Source: the human T2T-CHM13v2.0 reference genome, Homo sapiens. From it: a DNA stretch of 64,000 nt. The stretch lies in assembly GCF_009914755.1 (NCBI RefSeq), contig NC_060934.1; one strand, 5' to 3'. Under the pieces are notes generated by a model. That model was not told where the DNA came from and did no database searches. It saw only the letters and a list, made by a program, of their open reading frames with translations. Below are positions 26,211 to 56,999 of this stretch, piece by piece (the stretch's first letter is position 1; the number at the start of each line of letters is the position of its first letter). The translations under genes were made by a program, and so were the position numbers.

Positions 26211-28569
26211 CATTAGCTAAAGAGGTTACTACTGTGGAACACAAGACACTTGGTCTCATACTCTCAAAGCAGAGGGCTGTCCAGGAGCACATACACGTTA
26301 GCTTACAGAGCCAAAAACAGGAAATCAAACCCCAGGGCTCTCCCCTGGAGACAAACTGTTCACATTTGTACAGATTTTCATTGTAGGCTACCAGACAGAG
26401 ACACACACACATACACACACACAATTCGTAAAATAAAATTACTTAAAAGAACATAGACGAAAGTCATTAACATAGCAGGGATACACTATTTCTTTGTATA
26501 CCAATTTGAAGAAAATTATTTCAAGGCCATAAGAAACTTAACTACTAATATAAGTTCCTTAAAAATTGAGGTTTCTATTATACTCTGGATAAATGTGAAT
26601 TGAGGTCAACATACAGTACCACATTACAGTATCATAGAAATTTTAAAATAAGTAAGTCCACTGAAGCACATGATTCATAAAAAGACTAAAAGTCTTTTGT
26701 ATATACTTAGCTCCCTTATTTCTTCAAAAAAAAAACAAAAAAACAAAACCCAGAAGATTGCATGCGTACCACAGATGAAGAAAAAAGGAAAATTCAGTGC
26801 TACTACAATGGGAAAAAAATCATTCAAGGACAATTTGTACTTATTTTTAAATGGCTTTAGTCAGGCTGCCAAGAGTGATATCAGGTTTGATTCTCACATA
26901 CATAAATGCCAGTCCCAAAAAGCAACTCTAACTTGTGCACCTGGCTTAAAACAAAATGTACTGAAAACTTTGTATTTGTTAATTGGGATAACCCACCCAT
27001 TCAGGCCTCAATTCCCTTTGGACTTGCACGCGCACTTCCTACACACAGAAGTGGCCTGTTATGCAGCAATAATCATAGTGAAAAGCAGCAATTCCGTGAA
27101 GGCTCCACAGAGAAATCGCGTTTGCATTTCAAACAAGTTTCCTCAAAGTAAGCGTCTTTCGATTAAATGAAATCACAATTCCAGCTTCTTATCCACAGAA
27201 AACAGCATTCACTATGTAACTTACTGCTTTTTATAAGTGCATAATTTCTGTCACAGTTACCCACATATTTATACAATTTAACAATACTAAGTTAAATAAT
27301 GTATTTATGGTTTGTTTCAGGAACCTGGTGACACTTGCTGGCCTGGTTTTTACAGTTTGGTATTATGTGAAAATACTAATTTCTTATTAGCATTTTTGGA
27401 CCTTCCATTTGTTCTGGTTTTAGTCCCTAAGAAGCTAGCTTCCAGCAGGATTAGAGTAATAAGAAGAGATGACAACTTCCTTTTCCTAACCTTATCAAAA
27501 GCTCTATGGTTAAAAAAAAAAAAAAAAGAAAACCTTCACCTTTGCAAATGGCACTAACATGCCCCAAATAGTGACTCGAAAAGCTTTTCAACAAAGAACC
27601 ATTCTAAGCTTTTTGTGAATCAAACTCAACATCTCAGTCTAGTCACACAGAAAGCCTAGTTTGTAGGATTAGCACATTAAAATAGCATATACTTAACTCA
27701 AAATTCTAAGAGTACTTATCTATGTTATATTTGAAATCAAAGAATATTAATGTGAAAAAAAACAAAGACCCGATCTCAAAAACTATAAAAGTTTCTACAG
27801 TTTAAGATCTCCTGTCTTGGTAAAATCAACACAATCTTCTAAAAAATTTAAATTGCATATATTTTGAAGTAATTTCTCACTTTTTACATGTTGAAAATAA
27901 AAGCTTTTCAAAAAATGTTATTTTTGTTGACAGTCCACATACATGTCTTCAACTATCTTGTCTTAATGGTTGATCAATGTTCATCTAAATGAAAAACTCA
28001 CTCCTCTGGCTACCCCTCCCCAAAAAGAAAAGGGACGTAATGTTAGACTTACTCAATACAGGAGTAACATTTGCCAAACAAAAAGTCACTTATGTAACCC
28101 AATAGGCCCACAAAGCTGAAAATCATCAAAAAATTATGCAAAAATTTGTATTTAGCTCCAATATTAAAATATTACCACAAATACAAAATGGTATTAAGTA
28201 TGAATATGACTTATCTTTTCAAAAACATTAATAAACTGTTTCTCTTGCCAAATTAGCCCCTAACTAGAACATCTTTGTGCATGTATCGCTGAGGGCTTAT
28301 ATAACTTACACTACCCTTTCACAGAAGAATGACAAAATTCTTAATAGAGGCAAGTCTTTGAGTAGGGAGATGGGGAAAAGTAATGAAGGATGATATGAGA
28401 CAGAGTTGGCTGACTGCTATTCTGATACTCCACAGATGAACACTAATAAAGTAACTACCCATCTTTTCTAACTGAACTTTATATGTAATCATCATGGGTC
28501 TCCAGCTGTACTGTAAATGCTACAAAGGCAAAGACTAAGCACCTGTGAGGCAGAATATGCTAGGAGAAG

Positions 28570-28775
28570 AGTATGTGTTTTAAAGTCAGACAGACCCAGA
28601 TAAAAATCCTGGCTCCATCCTGTACTGTTGAACCTCATAAAAGTGACTTCACTTCTCTCAGCTTCATTTTCCTTATACGTAGAAACAAGAACAAGCAATA
28701 CATACCTCAAGAAGACATTGAAAGGACTCAATTACTTAATAAGACAACTTAACATAGCGCTAGCAAATAATAACA
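28570..28775 (+). mobile_element. MIR
   Basis: agtcagacagacc...aatcctggctcc...aagtgacttcacttctctcagcttcattttcc. Confidence 0.6.
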
Positions 28776-29329
28776 TTCCTTAGTTCTCTTTCCTTCTACT
28801 ACCCTTACAGTGTGTAGAAGACCATAGCTGCAAAATGCAGGCTTGATAACTTGAGCAACTGATACATTTCTCTGATTTTGTTTAATTATATACATAAAGG
28901 TAAGAGGCCTTTTCACAGGTATTAATTAAGTTTAAAAATAACCGCCATCCAACACAAAATAGTATTTCTTGTTATATTTCATAAACAGTCTAACAAAACA
29001 CTAACAAAGTTATTTTGCTTATTATTCTGATGCTGGAATAATTTGGTCAAATATTCATAAATAGTTATCAACTTTACCAAGGCACAAAAATCAAGAATAC
29101 ATGCTTTCTATAAACTCATTTACTACTTTAAAGTTTTTAACTGTTTAGCAGTTATAGGAAATTTTTTTAATCGAAAAGAAAACTATTTACATTTCAAATA
29201 CAAAAGAAAATTAAAATTATTCTTGATTGATCTCTAAAACCCAACCACTTAGATGCTCATTATTATTATTTTCTTTCACCAATCCAGTATACTCTATTCA
29301 ACATGTGCATCCTGTGTACTTACTAAGCA

Positions 29330-29335
29330 TTTATT
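29330..29335 (-). terminator. Proximal polyadenylation signal of EEF1AKMT2
   Basis: AATAAA on the minus strand (tttatt) about 80 nt after the TGA. Confidence 0.6.
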
Positions 29336-29414
29336 TGCACAAGGATTTTCTGTGTCAGGTTAACTTTGCTGTGTAGATTCTGTGTAGCTACCTGAATTCG
29401 TCCAAGAAAAAGTC

Positions 29415-29509
29415 TCACATTTTTTGGAAAACCAATGCTGCTACACTGTTTCCAGATCTGCCTCCAAAGCTGAACTTGGGTGTTGGTAGCTCTTCGAGAA
29501 GTTCAAATC
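29415..29509 (-). CDS. EEF1AKMT2: EEF1AKMT2 last coding exon of the 236-aa isoform
   Basis: acceptor tctgacag|GA; (G)FELLEELPTPKFSFGGRSGNSVAALVFQKM, TGA at 29417-29415; total CDS 110+66+115+108+217+95 = 711 nt = 236 aa + stop. Confidence 0.93.
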
Positions 29510-29867
29510 CTGTCAGACAAAATTTAAATACTTTTATTAAGAATTGAGTCTCATACTTACATGTATTTATATGCATGCATTAACACTGTACCATTGAACC
29601 CTTTGTAAAACTATGATTCCAAACTCTAAATTGTGCTGAATTTCACTTCATGATTTTTCAATTCTACTATGTATGTACAGCATATGTATGCTCCTCCAAA
29701 ATCACTTTGAATTTAACAAGGAAAAGACAAGACCAAAAACAAATTGGAAAAAACAGGCTTTCCATCCACCTCCCATTTCCTCCACTTCCTGTTTGTCATC
29801 TCTGCAAAGCTGTATCTCTGTTAGCCTCTATCACCTGGTTTGTAGGAAGCAGCTAGCATGTGTCAAG

Positions 29868-30172
29868 TTTTTTTGTTTGTTTGTTTGCTTTTTGAGACGG
29901 AGTCTCACTCCATCACCGAGGCTGGAGTGCAGTGGCACAAGCTCAGCTCACTGCAACCTCTGCCTCCAGAGTTCAAGCGATTCTCACTTCAGCCTCCCAA
30001 GTAGCTAGAATTACAGTTATGCACCACCACACCCGGCTAATTTTTCATATTTTAGTAGAGACAGGGTTTCGCCATGTTGGCCAGGCTGGTCTGGAACGCC
30101 TGATCTCAAGTGATCCACCCACCTCAGCCTCCCAAAGTGCTAGGATTACAGGCGTGAGCAACATCGCCTGGC
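29868..30172 (-). mobile_element. AluS
   Basis: full length, (TTTG)n tail. Confidence 0.95.
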
Positions 30173-30304
30173 CCTGTGTTGAGTTCTTGCTAAGCGCCAG
30201 GCATTATTTTGAGTGCTTCATATGTAGTAATCTAATTAATTCACACCACACATATTAAAGCACTTAATACAGAAAGGCAAAATAACTTGGAAATATAAAT
30301 GAAT

Positions 30305-30450
30305 TTGTAGAAGATGAAAAAGTTCTGGAGAAGGGTAGTGATGACAATTGCACAAAAAAATGTAAATGTACTTAATACCACATAAGTATACACTTAAAAA
30401 TGGTTATAAAATGGTATGTTATGTGTATTTCAGCAGAATTAAAAACAGTA
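30305..30450 (+). mobile_element. L1MB-type 3' end
   Basis: agatgaaaaagttctggaga...tgtaaatgtacttaatacc...tacacttaaaaatggtt. Confidence 0.75.
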
Positions 30451-30719
30451 ATTTATAACAAAGATGAAGACTCAAACTAAACGAACTAATAAAGGGCCTG
30501 GAAGACAAGGAACTAGTAACTTTCAAAGCATCACAGTATGGTTTAAAAAAAATTAACTTGGAGTCTAAAATCCTAGGTTCAAATCCTAGGTTCAAAAAAT
30601 TAACTTGGAATCTAAAATCCTAGGTGAAGTCTCAGCTTCAGCACTTACTAAATGAGACAGGCTGTCAAGTTACCTCTACCATGATCCTGATTTCTATGCA
30701 CTTTCTATCACTTAAGGCT

Positions 30720-30935
30720 AGGTATTCAAGACCAGCCGGGGCAACATGGCGAAACCCCATCTCTAAAAAAATACAAAAATAAGCCGTTGTGGTGGCCTGT
30801 GCCTGTGCGCCTGTAGTCCCAGCTACTTGGGAGGCTGAAGTGGGAGATGCCTGGATGATGGAGGCTGTGGTAAGCCGAGATTATCCCACTGCACTCCAGC
30901 CTGGGCAACAGAGCCAGACTCTGTCTCAAAATAAA
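30720..30935 (+). mobile_element. 5'-truncated Alu (J-like)
   Basis: begins at ttcaagaccagcc. Confidence 0.88.
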
Positions 30936-31305
30936 TTTTAAAATTAAAGTAAAATAAAACGCCAATCAAGGTTTTCCCTCATTGATGGACCTATTAGTTT
31001 TGGAATATTTTTTTCTTGAGGCAGGGGTGGGGTTCTGTATTTTTCTAAATTTTCATGCTTTGAGCTCAAATAACTCTTATAAACAGAAAAAAATGTTTTA
31101 AGTGATGTATACTGGCCGGGTGCAATGGCTCAGGCCTCTAATCCCAGCCTTAAGCTACTAACGCCAATGCGCCACCCCACGCCATCAAATTCACTGTGAT
31201 TTTGTAAAGATCCAAATAAGGTAATGTAGTGTTTTCCTAAACTATGAAATAAAATGTTATATTATTTTGCTTTTAAAAAATAAATAAAGCTGGAAGGTCA
31301 CTTAC

Positions 31306-31564
31306 TAAAATGCCAACGAGGGCCTGGCATGGTATAATCCCAGCACTTTGGGAGGCCAGGTGGGAGAATCACTTGAGCCCAGGAGTTCCAGACCAGCCTG
31401 GACAACATGGCAAAACCTCGTCTCTGCTAAAAATACAAAAATTATCCAGGCATGATGATGTGTGCCTGTAGTTCCACCTACTCGGGAGGCTGAAGTGGAA
31501 AAGATCGCTTGAGCCCAGGAAGTCAAGGCTGCAGTGAGCCAAAATCCTGCCACTGTACTCCAAC
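31306..31564 (-). CDS. EEF1AKMT2: Alu-derived alternative exon of EEF1AKMT2 (291-aa isoform C-terminus)
   Basis: acceptor tctctctgttgcccag|GT in an antisense AluJ-like element; in frame with exon 5: [19 protein letters not shown]...HARPSLAF (206+85 = 291 aa, the length I recall for the annotated METTL10 protein); donor TA|GTAAGT. Confidence 0.85.
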
Positions 31565-31600
31565 CTGGGCAACAGAGAGAGAGACAGACCGTTTCAAAAA
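31321..31600 (+). mobile_element. AluJ-like element (exonised in antisense)
   Basis: cacttgagcccaggag / gtcaaggctgcagtgagcc J-type diagnostics. Confidence 0.93.
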
Positions 31601-33906
31601 CAGAAATAAAAATTATATTATTGCATCAATTGGTCTATCATACTATTTCATTATACATCCTAATTCATGTTATCTAATTTCACCAAATCATAATAACCGA
31701 ATATTATAATGCTTATTAAAAGCTTATCGTAAGAAAACTTTTCCAAATTATGACATTCCTTTTAATAAAATAATATGATGTTTCTTAATGCTGGAAAATG
31801 CAGGCATTGTCCTGGATACATACATAGTTATACACCCATATTTGTTTTCAAAAATTTTACAAATGCTCTGGATATTTAATAATAAAAATTTTCTGTCTGT
31901 ATAAATTTTCCAGGACTAACTTTTCAACTCCCTGAACTAACCCTACAGAATTGGAGTTATTATATTTCAAAATAGAATATACCAAAATATTAATAGTGGT
32001 TGTACTCCACTGATGGTAAACAAATTGTCTTAATTATTTTAATCTGTATGCTTATGTGTTGACGTTATTGATATTTTTCAATTATTTAGATAATAAATTT
32101 GAATTACTTTTTCTTTTAAAGGATAGCTCCCCAAACCTGAATAGATTCAGAAAGACTCCCTTAAATTGCTTCTGAAGTAAGATGGGTGGTTATTGTTTTC
32201 ATTCATTCACTGTCATAAAGTCAAGTCCCTTCGACATCAAATTAGAACATGGGCAACTGGTTCCAGGTAACCCTCACTAAAAAAATTATAACACAAAGTA
32301 TTTGTACAATCAGGGGTATCATGGAAAAAATGCAAGATCTGTTTCAACAATTTTATGAACATTTATAGTTCAAATAAGAAAGAACCTTAAAAGATTGGTG
32401 AAACAAGCTTTATTTTATGCAAAGAGAATGTGGCAGCCAGTATGAGTAGTCAGGAACAAGACCTTTGGCAGTGACGCAGGGCAGTGTATTCTGTTACTGT
32501 CCCATATCTAACTCCAAATACCATTTTCTAAGGGACTCATGCCTAAAAAATGTTTTCAATTGTATATAATTATTTATATAACATTTCCCATTATAATATT
32601 TTGCTTAAATTCTGTATTTTGTTCTAAAATTGAACATAGTTTACTTAATAGTTTTCAGACAAAGACACATTTTTAAGTACTCTAACCAGGCTAAAGTCTG
32701 TTCCTCATTATCAAAGACAGACAAATATGTTTTTGTCTGCTGGTTCTAGGAGTAAAAAAGAACACCTGTATTTAAAAACCAGGAAAGAAACTTGCCCTAC
32801 ACAGTGTAACTTTGAGCATTTATTAAAACTGTCAAAGTTCAGGAAGAGGAAAGACTTATTGATACAGGGCCTCAACAGTTCTAAAGGAAACAAATTTAAC
32901 ATGGAAGATAATAAAATAAATGGCATGAAAGAAAAGACAATAAATCACATATAATTCTTGTTTTCCAGAGGCAATAGTAATGAAGCCATAAGCTCATATT
33001 TCAAGCCTCAAACACTTCAGGTTTTACATTATATAATCTGTCAAAGCCATTGAACACACACAAAAGGACATGTATTAAGTGTTCTCCCAGCCTGTTCCCT
33101 TAATACTAAAAAGAAAACAAACTCTAAAATAAGGTATATGCAGTACGGTTATAAATAATGGTACACAGTAAACTATTCTCTTGAGGTAATTCACTTTCCA
33201 TTAGCTTGTGACAACTGAGGTTCAAAATTTAACCAAATATTGAGTACCATATTATTTACCCAAGACTCCATCCTGAAAATTTATCCTATCCTTTAAAAAG
33301 TGCAGGATCAAAAAAAAAAAAAAACAAACTAATCTGAAAAGGATTCTAAGAAAAAACAAGCAAATATCTGTAGATTCTCAAGATACTTTCCCAGAAATGC
33401 CTGTGCACTACATAAAAAACTGGCAGATAAAATATTTCTTACAAAATGCAAGGAACAGTCTGCCAGAGAACTCAAAATATTTTGTGTATAGATTACAGAT
33501 TCTCAGTTCTCACAAGATCTCCACTAAGTAGATACTGCACTAATTACACTTTGCTAACTAGGCAAAAAAGGATCCTGCCTCAGCACTAGAATCTTCTATC
33601 AATTCCCTACATTTTAATTCCGTGCAATCTTAAAAATAATTGTTCTATATCCTCTGAAACCAAGAACTGTTCTATCATCTCTGAAGACCTAAATGACCGC
33701 TAGTGCAAGACAGCTAAAGTATCTATAATATCAAAACTCTCAGCATGTAAGACGGAAGTACTTCTTCCATTTGCATTATTATGGATTTGCCAGTAAATCA
33801 GTGCACTGAAGCCAGAAGCACAATATATGTGCTTTTTGTTTGATTCTATAAATAATAGATTATATACCTTAAATAAAAGATTGTACGACTCAAATAGAGA
33901 ACTTAA

Positions 33907-34122
<216 letters not shown>

Positions 34123-34396
34123 AGAACTTAATTTTTACAGGCTCATAAATGTTAGTACTTAACTGCCAAGATTTCTCAGAAAAAATTTTAAAAGATCTCT
34201 GGATCTCAACCAATGTTATTTCTCTGTGCTTTGCATATACAGTCAAAAGTTATTGTCAAGGTAATTAACAGAGAAAAAAGCAGGCAATTCCCACAAATAG
34301 AAAAGTAAAACACTATAACACAAAACGGGGAGAAAACCTATTTAAGTACATGAAACCTGAGGTAAGCACACATTTAAACACCATATAGTCACTTAC

Positions 34397-34613
34397 CTTC
34401 ACTGAATTCATTTAGCAACTCTTCCTTGGTCCAATTACATGACGTTATTAGAAAAAAGCCTTTTACTTTCAACACCCTGGAGAGAGATTTCACATATTGC
34501 TTCCTCTTCTCAATTGCATTGTCAGGATTAAGGCTTATGGCATCAAAAGTCCCTTTGTCAATACAAATATGAAATCCAGACAGCTGTGTGGAGAGATTCA
34601 AAAAGTCTTCTAC
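34397..34613 (-). CDS. EEF1AKMT2: EEF1AKMT2 exon 5 (motif II / DKGTFD)
   Basis: acceptor aatatag|GTA, donor GAAG|GTAAGT; 217 nt; VEDFLNLSTQLSGFHICIDKGTFDAISL...NEFSE; DKGTxD is typical of the Efm4/METTL10/METTL13 group; overlaps ORF 34389..34601. Confidence 0.96.
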
Positions 34614-35012
34614 CTATATTAAAAGTCAATGTCTATGTGAGAACAATTAAAACAAAATCCTTACAGAATGTAAGTGACAACCTGTAAAAGGTTATTAATA
34701 AAAGGACCCATTAATTATAATGGCATTTTACATATAATAAACATATTTTCAACTTTATAGCTAACTTTTATGAGCTTCAGTCCAAGATCATTAAAGCCAA
34801 GATTAATAAGAGAGACTGGTATTTCCTGAACATTCCAAATCTCTACAAATTTGGAAACAAATCAAAGCTAGCCATATTCCCTAATAATACCAGCACATTA
34901 TGGAGCTCACAAGCCTAGTTTATGAAAAACCTGTTTCTGTCAAAAAGTAGAAAATTTGACATATTCTTAAAAATGACAATTTATTTGGAACTAAGTTCAC
35001 TGGAAATAAGAT

Positions 35013-35142
35013 TTCTTGAAGACAGGAGTCTTGCTATGTTGCCCGGGATAGACTTGAAAACCTGAGCTAAGCAATCCTCCCATCTCAGCCTTCCTAAGTA
35101 GATGTGGCCACAGCACTCAGCTATGGGAATAAGATTTTTAAC
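35013..35142 (-). mobile_element. FLAM / monomeric Alu
   Basis: single degenerate arm; TSD aataagattt. Confidence 0.65.
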
Positions 35143-35200
35143 TTATATTCCTAGTGTGTAACCTAAAATAAACACGGTAGATCAAAAGTTCTTGGGCCTT

Positions 35201-35313
35201 GGCTGGTCTGAGTGCAGTGGTGTTTACAACTAATCGATCAAAACCAGTTACAAATTTATTCCTTCCTTCTCTATTATCACTGCTTCACTTGACCAGCCTT
35301 TAAAAAAAAAAAA
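35201..35313 (+). pseudogene. Y RNA (RNY3) processed pseudogene
   Basis: GGCTGGTCTGAGTGCAGTGGTGTTTACAACTAAT...CTTCACTTGACCAGCCTTT matches Y3 RNA; A-tail; degenerate 17-bp TSD at 35184-35200 / 35313-35329. Confidence 0.92.
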
Positions 35314-35884
35314 GAATTTCTTGGGTCTTGACTAAGCAGCTTACGAAATTACTAATGGATATAATGAATGGCATAAGGCTTAAGAAATTAAATAACTGTT
35401 AAACTGTAATTACTTCAGTTGGAGGTGTGAAGTCATACATCACCATCTCATTCACTGTTAATAACCTGATGCATACTAAGCATCGGAAATAGCAATCCGC
35501 CTCAATTTTATAAAATATTCACAATTTACCAATGAAAATTCTGAAAACTCATTTTGAAAAAAATAATTAGGCAATTAGCTCACAATTATTCACACACATT
35601 TAATACAGCAATTGTAAATCATGTTTAATCTAAAACTCTATTGACTTAAAAATGTATATATTATGTTGATGTATATTGGAAGGTGGGTCTTCTCCCTTCC
35701 TTCATGTCCAAAGTATTCATTATACCTGAAGCAAAATAATGACTATCACTCTGAAGAGCTAACTTTGAAGAGGCTTCCTCATCCTAAATGCCTATATAAA
35801 AATACTCATCTATTCAGCAAATATTTTGTGGACATCTATTGTCAGGTACTTTTCAGACCCTGGATATAACAGTAAACAAAACAG

Positions 35885-38225
<2,341 letters not shown>

Positions 38226-38285
<60 letters not shown>

Positions 38286-38286
38286 A
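38226..38286. repeat. (A)n(TA)n(TG)n compound repeat from an Alu tail
   Basis: read directly. Confidence 0.9.
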
Positions 38287-38514
38287 TAAATAAAACGAAC
38301 AGAATTGGATATAGGACTTTAAGGAAAAAGAAGAATCAAGGATGACTCCTTGGGTTTTGTGTAAATGCAACAGGGTAAATGGGAGTGTTATTAGTAGAAA
38401 CGGGAAAGACTGGGGAAATCAGGTCTGAGGAGGAAACCAAGAGTTTCATTTTGGACTAATTAAGTTGAGAGACTATTAGCTTTCCAAATGGAAGTTTTGA
38501 ACAGGCAGATTTTA

Positions 38515-42972
<4,458 letters not shown>

Positions 42973-43117
42973 TCTATAACTCTAGAGCTGAGAAGAGAGG
43001 CCTGGGCTAGAAATGTAAATTTAGGAATCATCATCTCACAGATCATAGGACACAAAAATAAACTAAATGATTTTTGGTGACATTATACCACTTGATGCAT
43101 TTAAAACCTTTTGATGT

Positions 43118-43473
<356 letters not shown>

Positions 43474-43712
43474 TTAAGTATTATGTGTATTTGCAAACAT
43501 CAGGAGCAGTAGTGTATGAACAAACATACAGAAGAAAAAATAATTTCCCCAAACCAACTAGATTAAATTTTTAATATGGCTATTTAAAAATGTTTCAATT
43601 TGTATTATTTATGATTGATCCCTAATTTATGAGTTTAAAACCTGTCAATTAATATGCTCTAGAAACATTTAACCTCTATTGTAAATATTATAGTAATATA
43701 AATAATAGTTAC

Positions 43713-43820
43713 CTTTAACTTAATGTTAGATAAACCTTCTTTTTCTATAATACTTCCAGAAAGCTGAATTGCAGAAGGAGAGTAATCAATTCCAGTAATA
43801 TTAGAGAAACCAAATTTTGC
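43713..43820 (-). CDS. EEF1AKMT2: EEF1AKMT2 exon 4 (post-I motif)
   Basis: acceptor ttctctctag|GCA, donor AAG|GTAACT; 108 nt, phase 0-0; AKFGFSNITGIDYSPSAIQLSGSIIEKEGLSNIKLK. Confidence 0.96.
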
Positions 43821-44942
43821 CTAGAGAGAAATAATTTTATACTTTAGTATAAAATTTTAATATAATGTTTTGTTTATGAATTATAATATTCCTTTAGGAC
43901 TGGTGATGTCTTATTTTTGATGTAGAGAAAATGACATATAATCCAATTCATAATGCTTAAATTTTATTGTAGACTCTAAATAAAAACTGAAAGTGTATAT
44001 ACTATGACAATACCTTTGTTTTCATAATATTTTATCTCTTTTTCAAAAGGAAATTCATGTTCTCAAAAATAATGAAAATATATGTATAAGCCCTCAGGCA
44101 AAAAAAGGTAACATTAACTTTTGATGCTGATAATTTCCAATTCACACATAAATTTGTCATATATTTTACTTAACCCAATTAAATTATATTAACAAAATCA
44201 ATGCAAATGTAATAAGCTATCAATTTTTAAATTTTCCCTTCAGTGTAATTATACATTATGCAATTCTCCACCAGCCATGTGATTTTTAACCATTCTACAT
44301 TTGTATACTACTTTTACGTCTTTAAAAATATTTCATACATCCCATTAGATCTTTACAGAAAACCTGTGAGGTAGGGTGGGCAGGTATCAGTATCCCCAAG
44401 AAGTTTCTTTAACTCAATGGACTTGAGAGTTTTGGTGTTTGCTAGCCATTAACCCATCTAGGCTGTGTAGTGTCTATGGCAAAAGCATGGAAGCTTCTGG
44501 TCTTTACACACCCCCTAACAACACTAAACATTTTTAGACCAATGAGACTAAAAATAATTTCAAAGGAAACATGAAAAACAAAGAAGTTACAAAGTACAGT
44601 ATAGCCTGAAATTCCCTTCCTGCTCTTCACCATTTACTAAATGGTTACTTCCTTTAAAACTTAACCTACTGCCACATCAAATCCATGAAGACCTACCAAG
44701 TCTTTTTAACCCTAAGTAACTGATTCCTAATCTAAACTCAAGGAACAAGTATACCAATTACTTTCTACAGGTAGATTGCTCCCTTTATTTTTGTTTTTAA
44801 TCTAAAGGTCTAATATTCTCTTTTTTGATGCCAACCTTCCACCCTTTTAGCTGTATCCCTCCTTATTCCTTGAGATTTTCTCCCCATTTCCCTTAACTGC
44901 TTCTCTGGGAGACCTAGAACCCAGGATGAGTCTATTAACTGA

Positions 44943-45213
<271 letters not shown>

Positions 45214-45339
45214 TACCGGTTCCTTCTTTTCCCATGCCTGTTTATTCTTCTAGTACAACTTATAAAAATCACAAATAGATGTTTTAGGTTTCTAGAGATA
45301 TCACTCAGGGCCTCAAACTATCTCCAATGTCTTTCACAT

Positions 45340-48010
<2,671 letters not shown>

Positions 48011-48153
48011 ATAAGAAATGGTCTTCAATGGCTGTTAATATAACAAAAAGATGAATGTTCTACACCAAATATTCTACGCCACATATGCAAATATACACCA
48101 ACACCTAATAAGTTTACTTGCCAAAAAAAAAAATCTAATAAAAATCTCTCAAT

Positions 48154-49301
<1,148 letters not shown>

Positions 49302-49509
49302 TAATTTAGGTCTAATTTCCAACGTACAGACAACACGAGGGACAGAAAACATGTTAAATACTATAGAGATGTAATTAGAAAATTCACATTGTGAAAAACC
49401 ATTCAGACAAATGAACTACCTCCTACAAAAAATAAATCGTAATGGTAAATAAAGAAATCATGCAATAAAAAATTAAGACATGTCAGCCAATTGCAATGTG
49501 TGGACTTAA

Positions 49510-52090
<2,581 letters not shown>

Positions 52091-52099
52091 ACATCATGT

Positions 52100-56945
<4,846 letters not shown>

Positions 56946-56999
56946 TTTCAAGAAGGGTTATTTCAAGTTCTTCTAATCATATTCCACTACTAAAAACAT

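Noticed and set aside
26670-27170. 166-aa plus-strand ORF
   Set aside because: Lys-rich from A-tracts, no recognisable domain, antisense to the EEF1AKMT2 3' region; only the CpG-retaining sub-region was kept
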